Position numbers and translations under genes: made by a program. The notes below the pieces were generated by a model. It saw only the letters and a program-made list of their open reading frames with translations. It ran no database searches and was not told the DNA's origin. A stretch of 32,837 bases of DNA from Batkoa obscura. Lineage: Eukaryota. Location of the stretch: NCBI GenBank assembly GCA_030770535.1, contig JASVEC010000198.1:1-32837 (forward strand), given 5' to 3'. Positions within the stretch are counted from its first letter, which is position 1, and every line of letters starts with the position of its first letter. Positions 22,359 to 32,837 of this stretch are shown piece after piece.

Positions 22359-22409
22359 TGGATCATATGTAAAAATCTATCAAATTTGTAGATTTTTATG
22401 TATGATCCA
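22359..22409. repeat. 51-bp near-perfect palindrome
   Basis: TGGATCATATGTAAAAATCTATCAAATTTGTAGATTTTTATGTATGATCCA; arms are reverse complements except for a TG/TG site and one extra T. Confidence 0.85.
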
Positions 22410-23078
22410 ACAAATGTGCTACTTTGAGCTTAATTAGTTGATATATTTTTAATTTATACAGCATTCAAAGGTATATCTTTTTGAACAAAATCTCACTTTC
22501 AATTTCAGTTTAAACTATTAGATTTGATCCAATATTGGAAAGAAACTATAATTTAGCTGTTATATCTCTTTATTTACATGAATTATACTTAAAAGTATAT
22601 CAAGTTGATAAATTTTTACACATGATCTCGTTTGTTTTTGAAATTATATCAAGTCGTTCGAAATGCTCTTGTACGAAAATTCATAGATATTGAAAAAGTA
22701 TCAATTTTTGATTGCAACAGTTAATTTTTCTTAGTTATAAAAAGGAATGTATTTTAATCCAAAATTCTAAATTGGTGTTGCAACTAATAACTAATCATTC
22801 TCTAATATGCAAGGATCTACACAGAAATATTTCAGATGACCTGGTATTTTCTTATCTGCAAAAACAAAGTACTCTAAAATTTGAATTTTAAATTCCAAAA
22901 TAAAATAAAATTCAAAACAAAGGCTAATCACAGTAATAATTTATTTAGGTTGAAGCATTTCTATTGGTCAATTTATTTTTGACAATACTTTTTTTCAAAG
23001 TAGTTCATTGTAACCATTCAAATCATTCCAAATTAAAACAATATTAACCTTTATTTCTTTCAAATAAACTACACTACA

Positions 23079-26000
23079 ATGGTTAAAAACAGCAATTGTA
23101 GCTCTCAAAAAACTAGAGGAAGACCGCCAAAGAATGGTGTAAAACATAAGAGCACCGTGAATAATTTAACTAATGAGATGCCAACAAAGATCAGCAACTT
23201 TTTTTCAGAATATTTGAAATTCCCCAAGCTTGCTTCATCTAAAAGTAATCATGAAATCATAACTCAATTCAACCAGGCTAAAGAAACTAAAAATAAAGTC
23301 GATTCTGTCCCTAGCACAAGTCTAACTAATCAGCTGCCAATTGAAGAAGAAACAACAACTGTAAACCCAAAAATCATCTCAATCAAAAACGACCGTAGTA
23401 CTACAGCTCAATCCAAACAGATTAAAGGAATTAATAATAACCTCAATCTCATTTCAAATAAAGGGTTGGTTACCCAATTGATGAGTGATGAAGAGGTCTT
23501 AACTGTAGGTCCAGAAAGTAGCATGACTGCAGTTTCGATAGATAATCATAATCAAATCGGGAAAGTTCAAGTTAGAAGATCATCGCGCATTAAGGAAAAG
23601 AGCAAAGAAAGAAAAAGAAGAAGAGAAGAAAAGTGTGAAAGGAGAAGATTGAAGAAACTCGAAGCTGAATTATCAAAAACGAGGAAAGGTGTAATGGAAT
23701 CTAAAATACCTAATGTAGCAAATAAACTATTATCTGTAAATACAGAAGAATCTCGTAATATAATCGAATCGAAAATAAATCTAAATGATAATGCATTAGA
23801 GTCTAAGAGAGCTAAAGTACGAAGTAAATTATTAGCAGTGGTAATTGATAACCGTGCTAAATTAGCTGAGCTAAAAAATAAAAATAGTAGTGCTACACGA
23901 AATATCAACAAGGCTAGGTTAGCCATCAAAACCGGAAAACCTCGTAGGAAGGCGCCCGAATCCACCTATATTCCACCCGGTAACTGTTTCGGATCAGGTC
24001 AGGTAAGCGAATCCGAACAAGCCTCACCAATCCCTGGCATACGTACATCTTCATTTAGCATGAATCCTTATATCAACACTATGAATATCAATCAAAATGA
24101 GAGCATCGAACAAGTTCGCATGGAGGTAGAGCAAAATTCAAACGCCTCTATTAATTTTGGTCAATTTAATAATAATCCCAATAGCTCCCTTAATGTAGTA
24201 GATACTATCTATGACATGAGTAGTGTTATAAATTCAGTAGAAAAAAAAAGTGAAGAAATATACGAGACAAAGGTTCAAGAAGAGAAAGAAAAAGAAGAAA
24301 AAGAAACTATAGAAGAATGTGAAAAAATCGAAGAAGAAAGCGAAGAAGAAGCAGAGAAGGGTTACGATCTTTTATTAAAAAACCGTAAATTAGCGAAATC
24401 TAATATGCATACTAATAGCTTTACTGACACGAATATATCTCCTATCGGTTCAAATAGTCATATAAATACCAGTAGTCCAAAACCACCTCAATTTCAATTA
24501 TCATCAAACGAAGCAACAAATGAATATGTTTCTGATGATAACAGTTATGTTCCTGGTAAATATTTAGAACGTGATCTTATGGACACAAATAACATTGAGC
24601 CAAATTCGGATGACTTTTTTAGCATCCCAGAAGAATTTATGGAGGATAATAAGCAAGTTTCTGAAGAGCCAGAAGACCCTAATGTCCCCTCTCCTAAATT
24701 ACATATGTTCTCATTTCAGAAAAATAAATCACAAGCTTCAACTGATCAAGAGTGTGAGTCAATAAATACAACTCCTTCACCTAAACCTAAATCTACTCGT
24801 CCACGTCTATTCACATTTCAAGGTGATAACTTCGGTCAATATAGAGTAATTAAATCAACACAGCAGAGATACAATGAAGACCAAGAGTCATTTGAAGGTA
24901 GAAGAAAAGCAAGGAAATCTAACAATACTGTACTTAATCAATTCAATGACTCAGACACACTATTCAATCACTTAAGAGGAGAAATCTTACGTATAAATGG
25001 ACAAATAGAATCAACTTTCAAAGACATTGACATTGAGTCTATTACCAGCAACGAGATATATAATATGCACCAATATTATCAATTTTTAATAAAACAAAGA
25101 AAGGAAATTGAAAAATTAATGATAAATATAGTTTCAAATAGACTTGCCGCTAAGAAGAAAGAGCAATATTCTACTTCTGCTCATTTTAAAGCCTTAAATA
25201 ACAAAGCAACAACAAAGAGTGCAGTTTTAAATAATATACCGTCAAATAGTAGATATGTATTACCACCAAAGAGCCAAAGGGATCCGTTTAGTTCTTATGA
25301 TAATCTTTTGAGGGTGGATCCAGTTGTAAAATATCTGACCAATGAACGAAAACGCCTTGATGAGCTTATTCATAAACATAATGAACAATATATAATAAAT
25401 CAGGCTTCAGATCAACCACAAAAGAAAAAGAAAAAGTGTATAAATGAGTGTGATATAGCAGAATATACCAATTGTCATAATCACCAAGTATCTTCAGTCA
25501 ATGCTCGGAATCAGAATATTTTCTCGAATGAACAAAGATACTATTCTAAAGGTGATAATCATAGTCAATCAAATTTTAGACAATTTGAGTATCTTCAACC
25601 ATTACTGGGGACAGATAGAGCACAGAACCCAACTTATGAATATGGAAGGATAACTCAACAACTAGGAGACTCATCAAATTGTTCACCAGAGCATGTTTCT
25701 TTCCATATTAACAAAACTAACCATACCAATAGGACTAAACCATGTACAGGATATAAGATTGGCTCTACCAATGAAGATTATAGCACTAATTCGATCTCAC
25801 ATCATCAATATGATTGTTTTTCTCATCAAAACCTTATTTCTCCTTCTGGTAAGGTTGATATCAAAGCTCAGCAACATCAATTCGCTTTTGAATACAATGG
25901 CCATATCCCTAGTACTCCAGAATATCAGCCCATTTCTGAATATAATCAATATACACCTACTAACTTTAACAATAAACAAAAAATTATAGCTGCTATAGAC

Positions 26001-26213
26001 AGCGGATCTAAATTTGACACTATTGATCAGGATACTATTAACAAAGAAAGAATCAATAGAATAGCAGATAAAGTCCTTGAAAACTCAGCGATATCCAGTG
26101 AAGAAATAGAAGAAATAGAGAGCTGGCTCAGATCTGAAGACGTAGAAACATACATTGATTATATTAACTCTGATGTTACTTTTGATTATTTTACTGGTAA
26201 TATTGAAAACTAG
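23079..26213 (+). CDS. 1044-aa low-complexity, probably nuclear protein with an N-terminal AT-hook
   Basis: Long ORF with KTRGRPPK AT-hook-like motif, basic NLS-like tracts and E-rich tract. A possible late intron (26197-26251, GTAATA...TAATAG) would change the C-terminus. Confidence 0.8.
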   Translation: MVKNSNCSSQKTRGRPPKNGVKHKSTVNNLTNEMPTKISNFFSEYLKFPKLASSKSNHEIITQFNQAKETKNKVDSVPSTSLTNQLPIEEETTTVNPKIISIKNDRSTTAQSKQIKGINNNLNLISNKGLVTQLMSDEEVLTVGPESSMTAVSIDNHNQIGKVQVRRSSRIKEKSKERKRRREEKCERRRLKKLEAELSKTRKGVMESKIPNVANKLLSVNTEESRNIIESKINLNDNALESKRAKVRSKLLAVVIDNRAKLAELKNKNSSATRNINKARLAIKTGKPRRKAPESTYIPPGNCFGSGQVSESEQASPIPGIRTSSFSMNPYINTMNINQNESIEQVRMEVEQNSNASINFGQFNNNPNSSLNVVDTIYDMSSVINSVEKKSEEIYETKVQEEKEKEEKETIEECEKIEEESEEEAEKGYDLLLKNRKLAKSNMHTNSFTDTNISPIGSNSHINTSSPKPPQFQLSSNEATNEYVSDDNSYVPGKYLERDLMDTNNIEPNSDDFFSIPEEFMEDNKQVSEEPEDPNVPSPKLHMFSFQKNKSQASTDQECESINTTPSPKPKSTRPRLFTFQGDNFGQYRVIKSTQQRYNEDQESFEGRRKARKSNNTVLNQFNDSDTLFNHLRGEILRINGQIESTFKDIDIESITSNEIYNMHQYYQFLIKQRKEIEKLMINIVSNRLAAKKKEQYSTSAHFKALNNKATTKSAVLNNIPSNSRYVLPPKSQRDPFSSYDNLLRVDPVVKYLTNERKRLDELIHKHNEQYIINQASDQPQKKKKKCINECDIAEYTNCHNHQVSSVNARNQNIFSNEQRYYSKGDNHSQSNFRQFEYLQPLLGTDRAQNPTYEYGRITQQLGDSSNCSPEHVSFHINKTNHTNRTKPCTGYKIGSTNEDYSTNSISHHQYDCFSHQNLISPSGKVDIKAQQHQFAFEYNGHIPSTPEYQPISEYNQYTPTNFNNKQKIIAAIDSGSKFDTIDQDTINKERINRIADKVLENSAISSEEIEEIESWLRSEDVETYIDYINSDVTFDYFTGNIEN

Positions 26214-26833
26214 AGAATAACTAATATTGGTGAGAGTGACTTTTGTAATAGTGGTATTTTTCATTTAATATTAGTAACAAATAATAGCGCTTGGAGACTA
26301 TTACTAAGTCCTAAACTTTTTATGAAATCATTTAATCTCAGTTCACTTTCTCTGATTCTTATTAACAAGGACAGTAATAACTTCTAAGCTATCCTTTCCA
26401 AATATAATAGCTAATAATAAACTTTACTTTTTTTAATTTTTCAATTTTGATGTGTTCTTTCGTACTTATGTTTTCGCATCTTTTATGCCATTTGATCCTT
26501 AATCTTAATATAAATGGAATAACTTTGTATAGTTAACTATCTTGTATTTAACCTTTATGTGAAATAAATATAAAGACTATGACTAAAAATCTGATAGTTA
26601 AGCATTAAATAATTAGAATGGAATAATCTACCTCATTTCTGTCCATATATTAGCTATTTGAAACCTTTTTAAAAGATCTGAGCTACAAAGTATAAATGAT
26701 AAAGGTCGCCTTCAAATTCGTATAAGGCTCACTTCTAACAAGAAATTCAATTTATTGCTCAACTCAGTATTTCAAAGAATTAACATCGTTGGATAGAGAC
26801 ATATTTCATGAAATTTTTTTATAAAAAAGTATT

Positions 26834-26931
26834 TAGAGGTGCTTTTTTGATTTCATCACTTTTTCCATTTTCTAAGTACTATCGAACAGAAAGGTTGTTA
26901 GCAAACTTTTAATACAAAAAATACACCTCCA
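26834..26931 (-). mobile_element. Degenerate MITE copy with TT flanks
   Basis: TT|TAGAGGTG...gatttcatcactttttccatttt...CACCTCCA|TT. Confidence 0.8.
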
Positions 26932-27721
26932 TTTAGATTACATTTTATAATGCTTAATACTGTCTTTGATTTGCTTCCTTATAGAGAATGCAAACTTCAG
27001 CTAGTTCAGCAATAGCAAAAACCTTAACTGGGACATGGATAATACATAGTATACATATATATTACATTTATAACTGTTATTAATATATATCCATAATTGA
27101 TTTAAAATTATATATACATGTTTTTTATACTTACATTTATTTATTCATTTTTTAGGCAATAAGATCTAAAAAATTACTAAAATATGAATTAATTAAACAT
27201 TTAGTCAGATATAAAACTTGAAGCTTTGAAGGACTTACGCTTTTAAACATGATATAGCCCTAACACATACAATTCTAACTCTAACCCAGTCCTGATATAG
27301 TTTCAACTTTATAACTGATGTCAAGATGTTTTAAATGTCGTCAGAATTTAATACAGTATTTTAAATTGAAGTTGCTCATATATCTTCTAAATTTATTTTA
27401 TTGATTTTTTAATCCAATTTGTATTTTCAAAATTTTATGTAAAAGCTTAATGCTTGAACAGTTGTTTAAACCGATCAGATTTTACCTTTAAAAAAGAATG
27501 ATGTTTAAAAATTTTAACTTGGGCTAAATATTATAAGCATCTTATTAATAAGCTTCAACTTTAAAGCCCAATCATATGCTGCGCATATCTAAAATTAGTT
27601 GGACTTTGCTTAACATCAGCTTCAAAACCAAGTATTTTAGCCAATAGTGATAAGCTTTGCATTAATATAAACAAGAAATTAAAGCAATTTAAACCAAAAG
27701 TTTAACTTTTATAATTTACAA

Positions 27722-29962
27722 ATGAACACCAAGATTAGCAACATTACCAAAGCCACTATGGATAACAAGGAAAAGAAAGAAAAGAACGAAAAGAACGAAA
27801 AGAACGAAAAGAAAGAAAAGAGCGAAAAGAGTATCGAAACTGAAAATGAAGAAGTTTGTATCATTTGTGCAAAAGAGATCTCTTTTTACGCTATTGGATC
27901 TTGTAACCATGCTTTCTGTCACTTATGTAGTTTAAGGTTACGCGCACTTTATAAATCAAACCATTGTCCTATCTGTAAGGTAATTCAAAAAAAATAGCAA
28001 GTTTGAGTTTAATTTAGAAACTTAATTATTAGACAAACCAAGATGTAGTTGTATTTACTGAAACCAAATCAAAAACGTTTGAGGAGTTTAATCTTAAAGA
28101 AATGGTAATGGATGATAAGCTCAAAATTTATTTCAAGGATGAAAAAAATCGAGTTGATGCTTTAAAAATACTACAATATAATTGCCCATTTAAGGACTGT
28201 GATTTTATTTCTCTTGTTGGATTTCATAAATTACAAAGCCACGTTACAGCTGCTCATAATAAGTTATTTTGGTAAGCTCTATTTATCAAAGTAGGAAGAA
28301 AAAGTATTTATTGATATACTTTAGTAATGTGTGTGCGCATAATAAAAAAGAGTTTTGTGAAGATATGGAATTATACTCAAGAAAAGAGTTGGCACGTCAT
28401 ATGAAATATGGCAGTGATAAAGTATTAGGAAAAGATGATGGTTTCCGTGGCCATCCAGAATGCAGGTTTTGTAATGCTTCATTTTTTGATAACGATGGGC
28501 TTTATGAGCATCTTAAGAAAAAACATGAATCTTGTTTTGTTTGTCAAAGGCTTAATCCACGAGACCAATCTTATTATAAAGATTACGCTGAACTGGTAGT
28601 CCTATAATACCTTAAAAAACGCTAAATTATAATACAATTTTAGGAAAAACATTTTGAAAAAGAGCATTTCGTATGTAAAGAAAAGGATTGTTTGGAAGAG
28701 AAATTTGTAGTATTTGAAAGTTTAATAGATTTAAGAGCTCATGAAGTAAATTAACTTTTTGCGTTGTAAACTTTAATTTAATAATCTATTTAGCTAGAAA
28801 AACATACTGATAAATTTAGTAAAATACAAAGGGCAAAAATGAAAAAAGCACTCCAAGTCAACTTGGAGTTCAAATACTCACGAGAAAAAGAACAAGAACC
28901 CTCTAATTCAAGACGAAGGGAACAAAAGGTAACTGCTTTCTATATTGCGTTCAAATTTTTTATATTACTTAGAATGGATCATCAAATGAAAATACACCTA
29001 AACCAACCAGAAGAGTGAACGCGCCTGCTGGATTTGGTATAGTTTCGAATCCTTCTCCACCAGCTGAAGCTCCGATAGTAGTCCAAAACGAAGAGGTAAC
29101 ACCATTGATAGCAGAAGAAAAATGGCCGGACCTGAATGGACAGATAACTACCCCTAAAGCAACACCAAAGGCACCAACATTTGCAGATAAAAAAGATTTC
29201 AAAAATAAAGAGTTATGGCCCGAGTTATCAGAGTTAGGACCTAGTAGCTCAAAACCGATAGCACAATCAAAAAAATCAAATGGCTCATCAAGTAATCTTT
29301 ATTCAAAGCAGATGGCTGATAAACGACCTCCATTACCAAAAGATTCAACTATATTTGATCGTAAAAATGCACCGTCGTTGAGTCAACCTACCCTTACTTC
29401 ATCTTTCTCGATACCAAGTTCAACATTAGAACAAATAGCACCATTGGTAAATCGAGACAAAGGTAAAATGGACGCTGTCAAAGAATTTGGGGTGTTATTT
29501 TTTAATGGAATGATGCAGCCTAGGGAATATTTGCTTAATCTAGCAGCAAGTCTAGAATCTCATAGTACAACTTCAGAGCAATCACAAGCTAATGCTATTA
29601 AAATAGCAAGTCTTTTAATTGATCATTTGGACAAAACAAAGGCAGTTCGATTACAAGTAGCTATCAGAGAAATAAAAAGTAAAAATGAGGCTTTCCCAGG
29701 GCTTCCATCAAAACCTAAATCTAAACATGAAAATAATGGAGTCAATACTAGAAAAGTGCTGGTGATTAAACCTAATGGTACATCAATACCAAAACCTAAA
29801 CCTAAAAATAGTAATGTCAGTAAACCTAGCTTCCCTCAACCCATTCTTTCTTCTTCTAGTACACAGACAAATGATGATATGAGTAAAATATCCAGTAATG
29901 GTAAGAATAAAGATAATAAACACAAAATCAAAGGTAAAAAGATGGATTGGACTCAATTGTAA
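27722..29962 (+). CDS. HEL2: E3 ubiquitin ligase Hel2/ZNF598 homologue (ribosome quality control), about 664 aa
   Basis: Exons 27722-27979, 28033-28271, 28325-28595, 28644-28745, 28794-28928, 28973-29962 joined by GT-AG introns in one open frame. RING CIICA..CNHAFCHLCSLRLRALYK..CPICK, then GFRGHPECRFC, HESCFVC and KFVVFESLIDLRAH, typical of Hel2. Confidence 0.93.
27770..27832 (+). repeat. Coding 9-bp minisatellite (GAAAAGAAC)n
   Basis: Encodes EKKEKNEKNEKNEKKEKSEKS in HEL2 exon 1. Confidence 0.85.
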
Positions 29963-30150
29963 TTAAGTTGAGATAGAAAAATTAATAAAAAATTATATTT
30001 TATTACTAACTAGTGTTCTTTAAAGTTTATTATATCTTGGATTTCATAAAAATTACTAACCTTAGTTATATTTCTATTGTATTAAACTGCTTTGATTATA
30101 ACATTAAATAGTAGAAACATTACAATATCTTTGAAAGCCAACTATTGAAA

Positions 30151-30671
30151 TTATTTAGAATCACATTCCATATTTATAAAAGAAGTAAGATGTTCTTTTT
30201 CAAAAGTCTCCAAACTCCATGATGTATTGCTCAGCTTCTCTTCGCCCCCAATCCAAGTATAAACCATAGCCATTTCTTTAGACTTACTGCCATTATCCTT
30301 AATAACTTCGACCACTATTTGAGTTCTATTATAATCCTAGCCATTCTATTAATTATTTATTTTATTTATGAAAGTTTGAATTACTTCGCCTTCAAAGCGA
30401 TCTAACTTTACAATATCTTCTTCTGTTACATTTTTAAATAACTTCCCTTCTGTCAATTCGCCATCTGAGAAATAAATCCCTGGATATAGTGCTCCTTTAA
30501 CTGTTACTCGTTTGTAATCCTAATATGATCCTTTTTATGTATATTCTTCTCAACTATTATTGTGTTTACCTTCAAAGTTGCAGGCAATAGTGTAAACTCT
30601 GTTTTTGGGCTCAATACTCTTTTTAAAACTGTAAGGTTTTGTAGACTACCATAAATAAATAGATCTTTCAT
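30151..30671 (-). CDS. AIG2-like / gamma-glutamylcyclotransferase-fold protein, 140 aa
   Basis: Exons 30671-30570, 30519-30385, 30336-30151 with GT-AG introns give MKDLFIYGSL..PATLKDYKRVTVKGALYPGI..LDRFEGEDYNR..AMVYTW; FxYGSL and LDxFEG are GGCT/AIG2 motifs. Confidence 0.9.
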
Positions 30672-31052
30672 TTCAAAAATAAATTTAAGATTGTGACATT
30701 CTTTATTCTTGTTAGATTTATATTTATATGCTGATAAAATTCATGCAGTTCAAAAATAGCACAAAATACAACTGCAACAACAAATATTCTTTATATTTAA
30801 ATACAGGATGCCCAAGCCTGGCGGGTGTCTCAAAAAAGATATTTATTTTGGAATTACATGTTATGCTATTTTTAAACTGCATGAGTCTTACCAGAATATT
30901 AGTACCTACCTAACATTCTCATTTTCAAAAAATAAATTTATTGTGATTTTCTAAAAGTAATACTAGACTATTATAGTACCAATGTAAAATTCAATAATAG
31001 AAGTATTCAAAAGAAAATGTGATTTAATAAAACGAAGTATTAGTTTAATAGT

Positions 31053-32174
31053 TTAAGGAACAGGAGCATCTTTGGGCTTAGGAATCCCTTGTCTTTCACG
31101 TTCATCCATAAAATAACGTGCAGATTTACGAAGTCCCTCTTCTATAGTATAGAGTGGCTCATAACCAAGGAGAGTACGAGCTTTAGTAATGTCAAAATAA
31201 CGATCGTTAGTAGCATTGGAAACTACAAATGGAGTTAATTTCCAAGGGATAGGTTTGATGGGTTCCAATAAGTTGATAAAGAAGGTGACTAAGTAAGCAA
31301 TGAAAAAGGAAACGTAATAAGGTAACACTTTGTAAAAGGAATTTTTAGCTCCAAAGAATGTTAAAAATTTACGTGCATTATTAAAGAATGGCATTGGGGT
31401 ACCATTGGTAATAAAAAAAGCTTCTCCTGCTATTTTATCATTTTCGTCCAGTTTATCAGACGCTAATATATGTGCGTATGCTGCATTTTCAATATAAGTA
31501 AAGTCAAATAAATTGGTATTATCTCCGATGCATATCGAAGCTTGTCCTTTGTCTAATTGACCTAAAAATCCTGGTAAATTTTGACGATCTCCAGGTCCGA
31601 ATAATCCACTTAATCTTAAACTGCATGTTTTTAAAGTCGGAGAATTAGCTTTTAATACCATATCTTCGGCAAGGTACTATCATAACTTTATTAGTTTTAA
31701 AACAATAGAATAATTGCTTAATTTACCTTTGTATGAGAATAATCTTCAATATGGTTTTAACCGGTGGAAAACTTTCATTCATATTTCTTATTGGTGATCC
31801 ATCATATACTGTTCATGATGATGAAAATGATGATGAAAATACTAATTTGGAATGTTCAAATCTTGGCAAACTTTGATCACATTTTTCATACCTTCAACGT
31901 TCACTTTATGTAAATTGCTTTTGGCGCATTTGCTAAAGGGGATGCGGTTTGGAAGATGGTAGTCACTCCTTGACAGGCTTCACTCATAGCATCATAGCTA
32001 CATAAATCCCCTTTAAAAAATTTGATATCATTGGTATATTCAAGTCTTTTTTCTATGTCAAATAGCCTTATTTCTATTTCAGGCCTCTCTTTTTTTTTTT
32101 TCAATTAACTGATTGACTATATGTCTTCCCAAAAAGCCTTCACTTCCAATTACCAAGTAAATTTCTTTTTCCAT
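31053..32174 (-). CDS. ERG26: Sterol-4-alpha-carboxylate 3-dehydrogenase (ERG26/NSDHL-like 3-beta-HSD); exon 1 frameshifted as given
   Basis: ATG at 32174 with YLVIGSEGFLG NAD-binding motif, QTASP, VNVEG, YSHTK (YxxxK) next to intron 31677-31726, then LRLSGLFGPGD, NLFDFTYIENAAYAH, GEAFFITN and ARTLLGY. About 5 indels and one stop in exon 1. Confidence 0.8.
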
Positions 32175-32837
32175 TTTATAAACTATTTTTGAATAATTCA
32201 ACAAAGACTAATTCGAAATTAAGCTGTTGTTCAGATTTAGATTTTAGCCAATTAATTTGAGTGTCTTAAATATTAACTGTTGATTTGTTCTTTTAACATC
32301 GTATCATATTTTTAAATATGATTTAAACTTTATGAGCTCAACCCTTAAACATTTGATGAAAAGAAATGAAATAACTAAATAAAATCTTATTTAATATTTT
32401 AAAGCCACCTTTTTATAATTTTTCTTTTGCTTATTAATCTATTACCAAAAAAATATAACTATTTTAAACTTAATATACAAAAAATCTCATAATATAAAGA
32501 TAGGATAGCTTTATAAAGCTTTTGCTTTAATAAAGAAGTAACAAAAGCATCAGAAAATAATATATTGATAAATTTTCATCCAGTACTGATAAAAATTAAA
32601 GTTTGTTTTACTCCAAAGTTTGCCACAAATAATAGAATGCTATTATTAAATTGAATCTACTTTTAGCCATATAAACTTTAATCAAAATCAACTCTTAATT
32701 AAGAAATCTGATAAATTAAAGGCCAATAAAAGTAGCAATTTTTGATAAAGTTATATGTTAGCACTTTTATTGGTTCTTTGGCTCATGGTACTTGGTAAAA
32801 AAGCTCATTGAATTTTTAAACTTTTAGTATTTAATTG

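Noticed and set aside
20302..29202. Short ORFs at 20302, 23567, 24571, 25693, 25797, 27716 and 28969
   Set aside because: Antisense or alternate-frame shadows of longer real genes.
30728..30913. 61-aa ORF
   Set aside because: Lies in the promoter/terminator gap between two real genes, with no coding features.

Overview
AT-rich eukaryotic DNA, very likely fungal, with short (44-59 nt) GT-AG introns. An early-diverging fungus such as Entomophthorales/Zoopagomycota is my inference and is not confirmed. The window has two halves. (1) About 1-17.9 kb is a repeat-rich accessory block. It holds four same-strand paralogues of a protein resembling the middle region of fungal Zn-cluster transcription factors but lacking a Zn2Cys6 domain: one intact, two pseudogenes, and one divergent frameshifted copy at the window edge. 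It also holds 17 copies or fragments of a ~100-bp MITE, a decayed pogo/Fot1-type transposase with mostly G>A/C>T damage, and a possible RT-RNase H relic. (2) About 18.8-32.2 kb is a gene block with only one MITE: a DHA2-type MFS transporter, a 1044-aa disordered AT-hook protein, Hel2/ZNF598 E3 ligase (6 exons), an AIG2/GGCT-like gene (3 exons, absent from the ORF track) and an ERG26-like sterol dehydrogenase. Frameshifts clustered at both window ends may be assembly errors. The most notable signals are the MITE's A-NN-T target with non-TA 2-bp duplications, RIP-like or methylation-driven hypermutation of repeats, and birth-and-death of TF-like genes with no DNA-binding domain. All family assignments are from motif recognition by eye, not database searches.
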